From assembly GCA_052139985.1 (NCBI GenBank), contig JBKQVI010000535.1, positions 1,920 through 65,919 on the forward strand: DNA of 64,000 bases, in the 5' to 3' direction. The notes under the pieces were generated by a model. That model was not told where the DNA came from. It made no database searches and saw only the letters and a list, made by a program, of their open reading frames with translations. The stretch comes from Terriglobia bacterium (GTDB lineage: Bacteria > Acidobacteriota > Terriglobia > UBA7540). The stretch's first letter is position 1; each line of letters opens with the position of its first letter. Of the stretch, positions 9,542-17,572 are shown in pieces. The translations under genes and the position numbers were made by a program.

Positions 9542-10435
9542 TTGATAAACCGGGTTATCGTAAGCTTGAGGACGGTCAGGCCAGTCCTGCACCTGCTCGT
9601 GGCTATTCTTCTCACCGCTGTCGTCATGTGGGCTGCGGGCGAAGGACGGCTCGAAAAGACGTTTGATACCACGCGTGAACCGCGGATCAGTTTGAATAAT
9701 CTGAAGGGTCACGTCCTGGTGCGGGGGTGGGATAAGGCCCAAATGCACGTGGTTTACACCCTGGCTTCTCCGCGCCTGGAAGTGGATAGCGAGTTTCTGC
9801 CTAATACGGGCCCCGCGGACAGGATCCATTTCTCCACTCACCTTTTGGATCCGGCTTTGCCCTCCGACGAACAGACGGTCGACTACACCTTGGATGTTCC
9901 TGTGGGCGCCAGTTTGGAAATCCGGAATCCCCAGGGACGAATCCGGATGGAAGGGATGCAAGCGGACGCTAACGTGCAATCCGTGGGTGGTGACATTTCT
10001 ATCCGCGACTACTCCGGCCATCTCTCCGTGCATTCCGTGGCGGGGGACATCGAAATTATTCGGCCCTCGGGTAACGTGGACGCGTACTCTATAACCGGCA
10101 ATCTGCATTTTGTTTCACCGACGACCACATTGCTCCATGGCAGCACGACTTCCGGGCGCATTCTATATGAGGGCGATTTTATGGATCGCGGTGATTATAT
10201 TCTCTCTGCGTATAGCGGCGACGTGGATATCGTTTGCCCCGCTTCCGCCTCCTACGAATTGAGCGCCAAGACCCAAAAAGGCAAAGTGATCAATACCATG
10301 CCCATGACCCACCGGCGGGAAGCGGCTTCACCGCGGGGAGCATCGAATAGCCTGCTGGGAACACACAACACCGGCAGAGCCTCCCTCGAGCTGACGTCCT
10401 TCAGCGGCAGCATCCACATTCGCCCCCAATATTGA
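9542..10435 (+). CDS. DUF4097-like (putative beta-helical adhesin fold) membrane-anchored protein
   Basis: N-terminal TM segment. Repeated G(D/N)(I/L).(I/V) strands (GGDISIRDYSGHLSVHSVAGDIEIIRPSGNVDAYSITGNLHF) are typical of DUF4097. Third gene of the sigma/anti-sigma unit. Confidence 0.65.
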   Translation: MINRVIVSLRTVRPVLHLLVAILLTAVVMWAAGEGRLEKTFDTTREPRISLNNLKGHVLVRGWDKAQMHVVYTLASPRLEVDSEFLPNTGPADRIHFSTHLLDPALPSDEQTVDYTLDVPVGASLEIRNPQGRIRMEGMQADANVQSVGGDISIRDYSGHLSVHSVAGDIEIIRPSGNVDAYSITGNLHFVSPTTTLLHGSTTSGRILYEGDFMDRGDYILSAYSGDVDIVCPASASYELSAKTQKGKVINTMPMTHRREAASPRGASNSLLGTHNTGRASLELTSFSGSIHIRPQY

Positions 10436-10563
10436 GAAGAGCGGTAGGCGGTAGATCGTAGGTGGTAGGTGAGGGTATTTCCCATCTGCCACCTGCTTCA
10501 TTTCGCGCCGAGCCGGGCATCACGACAAGAAGCCTGTAGCGTGGGCTTCTTGCCCAGTGGGGG

Positions 10564-10590
10564 GTGGCATGGCAATCTTGGCCATGCCAC
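10564..10590. repeat. hairpin of the CCATCTTGG-loop family (gtggcatggc-aatcttg-gccatgccac)
   Basis: Perfect 10-bp stem. Related hairpins occur at 41726-41745, 41909-41931 and 63872-63890. Confidence 0.7.
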
Positions 10591-10882
10591 AACACGGGCG
10601 GGAGAACGTGTGAAGAAATCGTCGAACGCCTCTTCGCCACTGCGGCGCCGAGGCGCAGAGGCTAGAAAAGAAAGGGTATTTTTCTCTGTGTCTCAGTGCC
10701 TCAGTGGTGGAGATGGCATTTTTTTCGTGGGCGGGACGCCCACAGCACCGGCGGAGGCCTCCGGCCCCCAGTTTCATATCGCACCCCCGCCACGTCCCAC
10801 TGCTTGACTCGGCCAAACCTCCAAAGTAGAGTGGTACGAAAGCGGAAAATGAATCCCACATGGCGTTGGTAAGGAGGATCGC

Positions 10883-11629
10883 ATGGCACTTTTTAGAACG
10901 GCGAATCCGGCTCTGAGGCCCAAGACCTTTGACAGCGTTCGAACGGGCGCCGACGCCGCGCTCTCAATGACTTTGCAGGGGACGGTCAACAAAACCGGCA
11001 TCCTGTTGACGCTCGTCGCGGTCTCCGCGACATTCACCTGGAACGCCTACCGCACGAATCCCGCCGCCGCTGTCCCGTGGCTTGTTTTGGGGTTAATCGG
11101 TGGATTCATTGTCGCCATGGTGACCATCTTCAAGAAAGAATGGGCAGTTTTCACGGCGCCGCTCTATGCAATTTTGGAAGGGCTTCTTCTTGGGGCCCTC
11201 TCGGCAACATTCGAAGCAAGATATCCGGGGATCGCGATCCAGGCCGTTGCCCTGACTTTTGGCACGCTCCTGGCGATGCTGATCGCCTATACCTCCGGGC
11301 TCGTGAAAGCGACCCAGAACTTCAAGATGGGTGTCGTCGCCGCAACCGGTGGGATTATGGTCGTCTATCTGGCCACCATGGGCTTGGGATTCTTCGGCAT
11401 TCACATTCCCTACATTTACAACAGCGGGATCGTGGGCATCGGATTCAGTCTGTTCGTCGTAATCATTGCGGCTTTGAATCTGGTCCTCGACTTTGACCTG
11501 GTTGATAGCGGCGTTGCGAGCGGAGCGCCGAAGTTTATGGAATGGTATTGCGCCTTTGGCCTGCTCGTAACTCTGGTGTGGCTCTACATCGAGATGTTGC
11601 GTTTGCTCTCCAAAATAAACCGTCGGTAA
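10883..11629 (+). CDS. Bax inhibitor-1/YccA-like integral membrane protein
   Basis: 248 aa, about 7 hydrophobic helices. The N-terminus FRTANPAL resembles this family. AAGGAGGA lies upstream of the ATG. Confidence 0.7.
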   Translation: MALFRTANPALRPKTFDSVRTGADAALSMTLQGTVNKTGILLTLVAVSATFTWNAYRTNPAAAVPWLVLGLIGGFIVAMVTIFKKEWAVFTAPLYAILEGLLLGALSATFEARYPGIAIQAVALTFGTLLAMLIAYTSGLVKATQNFKMGVVAATGGIMVVYLATMGLGFFGIHIPYIYNSGIVGIGFSLFVVIIAALNLVLDFDLVDSGVASGAPKFMEWYCAFGLLVTLVWLYIEMLRLLSKINRR

Positions 11630-11754
11630 AGGCGAACCGTCCAAAAGGTAACCCTTTTCCCATGACACGAGTATCGATATTCCGTTTCACTTCCTCTTTC
11701 CCAAACGCATGTGGTACGATGCACAGCTTGGTAGGGAGCACCCCGGTCTAACGT

Positions 11755-12144
11755 ATGAGTAGCAGCGTCATGGCAAATGCTTCTGTTAGTTATTTGGTGC
11801 CCGCCGGCAATATGGCAGAGGGCTCGGGACACGGCGCTCCGCTGGAACTGGGAGCGCTGGCCGGCAAGACGCTTTTGCTGATTTTGGAGATTACGGAGGT
11901 TCTGGAACAAGAATCGCTGCATGTTTCCATATGGGGCTCGGCTGACGGCCAGAACTGGGGAACGCAGGCGCTCTTTTGGTTCCCGCAAAAATTCTATGCC
12001 GGCGTTACACCCGCGGCATTGGACTTGGAGCAGCGGCCCGACATCAAGTTCCTGCAAGCCCGCTGGGAAGCGAACCGATGGGGCCGCGGCATTCCTCGCC
12101 CCCACTTCAAATTTGGTGTGGAAGTGCAGGAATCTGCCCGGTAG
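11755..12144 (+). CDS. hypothetical small protein
   Basis: 129-aa ORF with protein-like composition. The overlapping antisense ORF is R-rich and implausible. No motif recognised. Confidence 0.45.
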   Translation: MSSSVMANASVSYLVPAGNMAEGSGHGAPLELGALAGKTLLLILEITEVLEQESLHVSIWGSADGQNWGTQALFWFPQKFYAGVTPAALDLEQRPDIKFLQARWEANRWGRGIPRPHFKFGVEVQESAR

Positions 12145-12247
12145 TTTCCAATCCGTGAAGCGCAGCAGTGCTGCAAGAGTTTGCGTTGCTTACGTCCTGC
12201 CATCTTTCTGCGCGTTCCAGCCTTCTAAATCAGTAGTGAGGTCAGCG

Positions 12248-13072
12248 ATGAGATTGTCTTTTCTAGCGGTGTTGGCCGTTGCGTGTCCGCTTACTATTTT
12301 CGGGCAATCATCTGCCCAAAAGAAACCACTACCGCCGCACCCCAATCTACCCTCGTCGCAGGACGTGCAGACGGAGACGATCGGGCCACCCTCGCAAGCG
12401 CCCGCGGTGCCGTCCGACGAAGCCAGCGCGGCGGGCCATCTGGAACCTCAACAGGTGAAGGCCCTGATGCACAGAATCTGGCTTGCACAATATCGTTTGA
12501 ACGACCTGCTTGCCCAAGTGCATCCGGATAAATGGAAGATGCCCCCCGAGGTGCGCCAGTCCTTCAACCAGAGCATGGAGTCGCTGCGCAAGGCGATGGC
12601 GGGCGAGGAGGAGTGGCGCGGGCAGTTTGAAGCCCGTCCGGACAGTCTGTACCTGGGATTTCAGACCTATGTAGCCATCAGCGCAGTGCTGCCGCGTGTG
12701 GACGGAGTGGCTCACAGCGTGTCGCAGTACGAGAACCCGAGCTTTGGAGCGCAATACAGCCAGGCGGCAAACCAGCTTTTCGACTTACAACAGTTGATTG
12801 AACCGCACTTGTCGTATCTGCTGAAGAACCAGGACAACGTTCAACTGACGGCGCAAACGAACCTGGCTTCCTGCGAGAACGAATTAAACATTGCCGAGCG
12901 CGACAAGCAGGGGCGAGCGACCCCCATGAAAAACATCGCGCCAGAGTTCAAAGGCCGAAAACGCACCGCCCACGCCGTTGCCCCGGCTGCCGGTACGAAG
13001 CAAACCGAGACCAAAGGCCCCGCGTCCGGCAAGCCCGCAACGAATCCGCCCGGCAAAGCGCAGACGAAATAG
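12248..13072 (+). CDS. secreted hypothetical protein
   Basis: Start placed at the ATG at 12248, which gives the signal peptide MRLSFLAVLAVACPLTIFGQ. Low-complexity basic C-terminal tail. Confidence 0.6.
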   Translation: MRLSFLAVLAVACPLTIFGQSSAQKKPLPPHPNLPSSQDVQTETIGPPSQAPAVPSDEASAAGHLEPQQVKALMHRIWLAQYRLNDLLAQVHPDKWKMPPEVRQSFNQSMESLRKAMAGEEEWRGQFEARPDSLYLGFQTYVAISAVLPRVDGVAHSVSQYENPSFGAQYSQAANQLFDLQQLIEPHLSYLLKNQDNVQLTAQTNLASCENELNIAERDKQGRATPMKNIAPEFKGRKRTAHAVAPAAGTKQTETKGPASGKPATNPPGKAQTK

Positions 13073-13261
13073 CCACGGTGATATCGATGGAGTACAGATT
13101 ACTTCGAACTGAAGGCCGATGACCAAGCCTTGCAACCCTGGCCGGAATTTATCGCCCTGCCTGTTCTGTCCTTCTCCAGCGACAATTTGACGCCCTTTGA
13201 ATCGGATGAATCGGACATCTTGCACCAGTTTTGAATGTTTATATGGTTTATTGTAAGCAGG

Positions 13262-13362
13262 TTTGTTTTCAGTAAGTTATCAGCTTCGTTTTGAGAAAAT
13301 CGCTTTTTCGGCCCTTTATTTTCAGTAAGTTCTCAGCTTCGTTTGTTTTTTCAAGGAGCAGA
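13262..13362 (+). repeat. tandem AT-rich boxes TTT(G/A)TTTTCAGTAAGTT(A/C)TCAGCTTCGTT (13262-13290, 13315-13343) plus a truncated third copy (13341-13362)
   Basis: Two 29-nt copies differ at 2 positions, with a 53-nt period. The box is related to those at 31504-31570 and 42013-42274. Confidence 0.8.
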
Positions 13363-13525
13363 CATTAAGCCTGAATGCAATTGGTGCAATTTGTCGGCCT
13401 GCCTCGTCGTTAATTGCCGAACTTGCTGCTGCGCACTTGCGGTTCACAAGGCATCTGGCCTTGCCACGCGACCCATGATCGTAGCCTAAAGATGTTTTGT
13501 TGTCAAGAAAAAACGAAGCGGGTTT

Positions 13526-13534
13526 GGGGGGGGG
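13526..13534. repeat. G9 homopolymer tract
   Basis: Read directly from the sequence (tttgggggggggcg). Intergenic. Confidence 0.9.
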
Positions 13535-13580
13535 CGCCCGGCCACTCCCTTAGGAACTCGGAGTCTGGTGAGAAGACCGG

Positions 13581-14420
13581 CTACTGTCCCATCGTTCGTG
13601 CTTTCTCCAGAATTGCCGGGCGGGCTTCTTCCATTAGTTCGCGCAAGTCGGCATAGCACAGGGTACGCTGCTCGAAGCTGCGCTTGGCCACCGCGCCGAG
13701 AAAGCGCGCTTCGAACTCTTGAAAGTAGGAACCATAGAGGTGGTAGCTATCGGCCATGTGGCAGTAGCGGCCCACTTCCACCTTCCGGCCGGAGAGTTCC
13801 GAAACCCGCACGGCAATGCGCCTCTGCATTTCCACCAAGGCGAAAATATTCATGAAGGCAGCCTTGTAGGCGTCGTTGGAGCGAAAGCGCACGTTCATGC
13901 TCAACACCGGGGAACCGTTTTCTGCTGTGATCCGGCACCATATGCTCTGGAGGCAGGCGGGATCGTAGCAGTCATTGTCCTCCCAAACCTTCCAGGTGAT
14001 GGCCTGGGCGCGTCGCGTGTAAGGTGTCTCTGCCAGCTTGCGGCAAAGAGTGTCGATCTGGTCGATCGGAGCAAGCGTGGGGACGGCATAGCGGAACAGC
14101 CGCTGATGGTAGGTGTATTCCCACCGCGTGTCGCCCGGATCGCGCTGATCGCGCACCAGGTGGTCCTTGATGCCTTCCAGAACCTCCATCACATATTCCT
14201 GAAGATCCTCGGGGCCGCCGGGAAAATCGCGGTGAATCATCGGCTCCTTGAGCGGGTCGGCGATGGTGATCGTCATCGTTGCATCTTTGCTCGGTGGGTC
14301 GCCAGGCTTGTCGTACTGCGTCTTGATGTCACAGCCTTGCTTGTGGAGCAAGAGTAGTGATTCCTCCCAGGCGCGGGCAATGCAATCGGCTTCAACATGG
14401 AGTACGGGTATACCGGTCAT
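13581..14420 (-). CDS. divergent thymidylate synthase (ThyA-superfamily) protein
   Basis: The segments align to ThyA landmarks. PACLQS corresponds to the catalytic-Cys segment PCH..FQ. RFRSNDAYKAAFMNIFAL corresponds to QRS.D..LG.PFNIASY. ADSYHLY corresponds to GD.H.Y. Confidence 0.65.
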   Translation of the reverse strand: MTGIPVLHVEADCIARAWEESLLLLHKQGCDIKTQYDKPGDPPSKDATMTITIADPLKEPMIHRDFPGGPEDLQEYVMEVLEGIKDHLVRDQRDPGDTRWEYTYHQRLFRYAVPTLAPIDQIDTLCRKLAETPYTRRAQAITWKVWEDNDCYDPACLQSIWCRITAENGSPVLSMNVRFRSNDAYKAAFMNIFALVEMQRRIAVRVSELSGRKVEVGRYCHMADSYHLYGSYFQEFEARFLGAVAKRSFEQRTLCYADLRELMEEARPAILEKARTMGQ

Positions 14421-14512
14421 GGAACTATCCTCATGTGTGGGTGGCTATTTGCGGCGAGAGTTTTCACGCGCCAGGTAGGGCCGAACGGCGTTCGGCCTGA
14501 GGCCAGCGCCGC

Positions 14513-14547
14513 TGGAAAAGCCGCAGGGCCGGAGAGCGGGCCCTGCG
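14513..14547 (-). terminator. possible intrinsic terminator after the aminotransferase gene
   Basis: 9-bp GC stem (cgcagggcc / ggccctgcg) directly after the stop codon, followed on the minus strand by only CTTTT. Confidence 0.35.
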
Positions 14548-15852
14548 CTACGTTGCCTCGACCTCTGCCAAACCCTTATCCAGCGCGGCGAGCGCGGTGT
14601 CCACGTCGCCCTTGGAAATATTGAGCGGCGGCGACATGCGCACCACGTTGCCGTATAGGCCGCCCTTGCCTACCAGCAGACCGTGCACGCGCAGGCGCTC
14701 AAGCAATTGATTGGTCAAATCGGTGGCGGGCGCTTTGCTCGCGCGGTCCTTCACAAGTTCGATACCTTGCATCAGGCCCATGCCGCGCACATCGCCAATA
14801 ATGGCATGCTTATCCTGGAGAGCCTCCAAGCCGGCGTGGAAGTGATTGCCAACGGTCTCCGCGTTGTCCATCAAGCGGTCTTCTTCAATCAAGTCGATGG
14901 TGGCTTTGGCAGCCACACAGGCTACAGTGTTCCCTCCGAAAGTGGAAATGGTCAGACCCTTGTAGGCGTCGGCAATTTCCGGGCGCGTCAGCGTGAGCCC
15001 GATGGGCACGCCGTTGGCCATGCTTTTGGCGCTGGTGATGATGTCGGGTTCCACCTCCCAGTGCTCGATGCCCCACCACTTCTTGCCGGTACGTCCCCAG
15101 GCGGCTTGTACTTCGTCGGAGATGAACAAACCCCCGTAGTTGCGCACGATGTTAGCGACGATCTTGAAATAGCCGGGGGGCGGCACGATGAACCCACCCA
15201 ACCCCAAGATCGTCTCAGCCAACATGCCGGCGATCTGACCGCTGGTGGAGGTCTTAATGACTTCCTCAATGTCCTTCGCGCAATGGAGATCGCAGCTCGG
15301 GTAGGTCAGCCCGTATGGACAGCGATAGCAGTACGGTCCCGGGGCCTGCACGATGCCGTAAGGAATTACTCCGGCCTTGCGGTAGGTGTGCAGCCCGGTG
15401 AGCGACTTGGTGAGGTGCGAGTGGCCGCTGTATCCATGACGCAGCGCCAGCAGTTCATAGTTGCCCGTGTACATGCGAGCCGTAAGGATGGCCACTTCAT
15501 TGGCTTCTGTGCCGCTGTTGGTAAAATAGCTCTTCTTCAGTCTGCCGGGGGCAATCGAGGCAACCTTTTCCGCCAGGTTCACCAAGGCTTCCGTGACGAA
15601 GAGCGTGGACGTGTGCTGGACCTTGTCGATCTGCGCCTTGATCTTCTCCGTCACCTTGGGGTTCGAATGCCCCACGCTGACCGTCACGATGCCGCCCAGG
15701 AAGTCGAGGAACTGCTTGCCCTCGATGTCCCAAACGTACTGACCCTTGGCATGGTCAATCACCATCGGGTCTTTGAAGTAGGTGGTGACACAGTTGAAAA
15801 GGTATTCTTGCTTTTTGCGGATGATTTCGTCTTTGGTCATTGTGATCCTCAT
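14548..15852 (-). CDS. class-III PLP-dependent aminotransferase
   Basis: ISDEVQAAWGRTGK matches DEVQ.G.GRTG. TSAKSMANG holds the PLP-lysine. 434 aa. Confidence 0.85.
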   Translation of the reverse strand: MRITMTKDEIIRKKQEYLFNCVTTYFKDPMVIDHAKGQYVWDIEGKQFLDFLGGIVTVSVGHSNPKVTEKIKAQIDKVQHTSTLFVTEALVNLAEKVASIAPGRLKKSYFTNSGTEANEVAILTARMYTGNYELLALRHGYSGHSHLTKSLTGLHTYRKAGVIPYGIVQAPGPYCYRCPYGLTYPSCDLHCAKDIEEVIKTSTSGQIAGMLAETILGLGGFIVPPPGYFKIVANIVRNYGGLFISDEVQAAWGRTGKKWWGIEHWEVEPDIITSAKSMANGVPIGLTLTRPEIADAYKGLTISTFGGNTVACVAAKATIDLIEEDRLMDNAETVGNHFHAGLEALQDKHAIIGDVRGMGLMQGIELVKDRASKAPATDLTNQLLERLRVHGLLVGKGGLYGNVVRMSPPLNISKGDVDTALAALDKGLAEVEAT

Positions 15853-15894
15853 GAGCTGACGGCTTACAGCCGACAGTCAGCAGTCAAAAGCAAG

Positions 15895-15981
15895 GTAGCG
15901 CGGACCTGCTTTCCAAGGTCCGCGGTTCTTCGTGTTCGCCGGTGGAAAACCCGCAGACCTTGGAAAACAGGTCTGCGCTAC
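15895..15981. repeat. REP-like palindromic element, family A (GTAGCGCGGACCTG...CAGGTCTGCGCTAC)
   Basis: Outer stem gtagcgc/gcgctac closes two inner hairpins (cggacct..aggtccg, cagacct..aggtctg). Related copies at 34610-34696 and 32925-32958. Confidence 0.8.
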
Positions 15982-16006
15982 GTCGTCTGGGCGCCCCTGC
16001 GCGTCG

Positions 16007-16240
16007 TTACGCCACCGCCAACACTGCCTCTTCCAGGGCCTTGGGTAGCTCAATGGGCAAGAAATAGTTCTGCGGATACAGGTAATCCTCTCCCGATTCG
16101 TCGATGACCTTCTGCAATTTGTGTCGCTCCGCAGAAGTGTCAGGAATGGCTCGGTAAATCTTGCGAAAATCGAGCGAGACCTCGTAACCCTTGTTGTGAA
16201 CACAGACGACGAAGGACTTTCCACGGCGTTTTATGGTCAT
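16007..16240 (-). CDS. hypothetical 77-aa protein, third gene of the DUF4160/DUF2442 unit
   Basis: Its ATG overlaps the DUF2442 stop in an ATGA arrangement at 16237-16240. No motif recognised. Confidence 0.55.
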   Translation of the reverse strand: MTIKRRGKSFVVCVHNKGYEVSLDFRKIYRAIPDTSAERHKLQKVIDESGEDYLYPQNYFLPIELPKALEEAVLAVA

Positions 16241-16509
16241 GGTTTCATCGTGAGCGCACGTGGTGCTGGAGCCCCGCGTAACAATCCTTCGGTGCTCAAG
16301 TCCTCATCGATGTCGGGCCAGTGAATACCATAACCGGCTGCGCACGTTTCCCAGTTCTTTCGTTGCTTCTTCGTCGCGTGCAGGAGTCTTGGATACCACG
16401 TCAGAGGAACGCTGATCGTGCGGCCGTCCCTCAACGTGACGCAGAGTTCATCTTCAGTAAACCGAGCATCCGCAACCCGTTCGTCAGCGTTCGTCGCCAA
16501 AATTCCCAT
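16237..16509 (-). CDS. DUF2442 domain protein
   Basis: LCVTLRDGRTISVPLTWYPRL...GIHWPDIDEDLS is the typical DUF2442 pattern. Start trimmed to the ATG at 16509. Confidence 0.7.
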   Translation of the reverse strand: MGILATNADERVADARFTEDELCVTLRDGRTISVPLTWYPRLLHATKKQRKNWETCAAGYGIHWPDIDEDLSTEGLLRGAPAPRALTMKP

Positions 16510-16726
16510 GCCAAGCCTCCATGAGTTCTGTTTGATGATCCTCAAGGAGTGACTGTATCCTCCGTGATTCCCTCGCGCTAAATCCAAGATTACGCGCCAA
16601 GCTTACAGGCTGCAACCAGAACTTTGGGGAAAACCGCTCGCGGTCGATATGGACATGGGGAGGCTCCCGCAAGTCGTGGCTGAAGTAGCAAATCCGGTGG
16701 GGTCCGGTTCTGTGCACGGGGGACAT
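16484..16726 (-). CDS. DUF4160 domain protein
   Basis: YFSHDLREPPHVHI matches the DUF4160 signature (F.. .E. PPH.H). Overlaps the DUF2442 gene by 26 nt. Confidence 0.7.
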   Translation of the reverse strand: MSPVHRTGPHRICYFSHDLREPPHVHIDRERFSPKFWLQPVSLARNLGFSARESRRIQSLLEDHQTELMEAWHGNFGDER

Positions 16727-16754
16727 TTGCAGAGAGTGGCTTAGCCAGATTTCC

Positions 16755-17183
16755 TTATGCCTTCAAGTGCAGGAACTCGATCCCAGGGTAACGATGGAAA
16801 TCGTTGTCGAATGCAATCAGTCGACTGCCACTCGCCGCCGCGAAGGCAGCGAGGTATGCGTCGGTCCACTGTCCGGTGCGCAGGTCAAGCTTTCTGGCCC
16901 ATTGCGCCAACAATTCATCCACGCCCGGCGGTTCAGGGAGTAGGGTAACCTGTGGAACCGAGAGCCAGGTTTCGAGGGCCTCCCAAGCTGCGCCGCCATC
17001 CAAGGCCGCACTGCCCAGGATTGTCGTATTGGTCAGGTGTCGTAGGAGTGCCAACGCTGTCACGCGGCAAAAGGCCAGTTCGCTTGCGGACTCCACATCC
17101 CAGTAGCGCCGCGCGCGATGGTAATGGGCGTGTTCCGGGGCGCTTAATGGTAGCCACACACTAGCATCAAGCAAGTCCCGCAT
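16755..17183 (-). CDS. vapC: PIN-domain toxin, VapC family
   Basis: N-terminal LLDASVW and C-terminal AFDNDF acidic PIN residues. About 140 aa. Overlaps the upstream antitoxin gene. Confidence 0.7.
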   Translation of the reverse strand: MRDLLDASVWLPLSAPEHAHYHRARRYWDVESASELAFCRVTALALLRHLTNTTILGSAALDGGAAWEALETWLSVPQVTLLPEPPGVDELLAQWARKLDLRTGQWTDAYLAAFAAASGSRLIAFDNDFHRYPGIEFLHLKA

Positions 17184-17433
17184 ACTTGGCCTCATCCTCC
17201 TCTTCTTCAGTCCGTCTAATCTGTTCGCGCGACAGCGCAGGAATGGGTACTCCGCGAGGGGGAATTATCACTGGAGGAGGAGTGTGCCTGCTCGTGGCGC
17301 CCTCACTTCTGGGCGACCGCAATCCTTGCTCGATCACTTGTTGTACCAACTGCCGCAACGTTATGCCACTCATCCCAGCACGGGCTTTGAGCGTTCGATA
17401 CAGGTTTTCCGGTAAATCAATGGTTGTACGCAT
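17167..17433 (-). CDS. vapB: VapB-type antitoxin
   Basis: MRTTIDLPENLYRTLKARAGMSGITLRQLV is a typical antitoxin N-terminus. Start trimmed to the ATG at 17433. Confidence 0.6.
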   Translation of the reverse strand: MRTTIDLPENLYRTLKARAGMSGITLRQLVQQVIEQGLRSPRSEGATSRHTPPPVIIPPRGVPIPALSREQIRRTEEEEDEAKYAGLA

Positions 17434-17572
17434 ATATGCATATTGATGCATTTATGATTCGATGTCAAGCGCCTTCACCTTGCTTCCTCTAGACTTCCAG
17501 CCTCCTTGTTTGCCACTGTGTTCTGCATGGCGTTTTGCTCACGGCTCTCGACTGTGATCGGTCGGGTTTCAG

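Noticed and set aside
9401-10108. 235-aa minus-strand ORF
   Set aside because: It overlaps the 3' end of the anti-sigma gene and most of the DUF4097 gene on the opposite strand. The plus-strand genes have family-like features and operon logic.
14683-16107. 474-aa plus-strand ORF
   Set aside because: It is antisense to the class-III aminotransferase, which has clear PLP motifs. Its translation is R/G/A/H-rich low-complexity sequence, typical of shadow ORFs in GC-rich DNA, and it also runs across a REP element.
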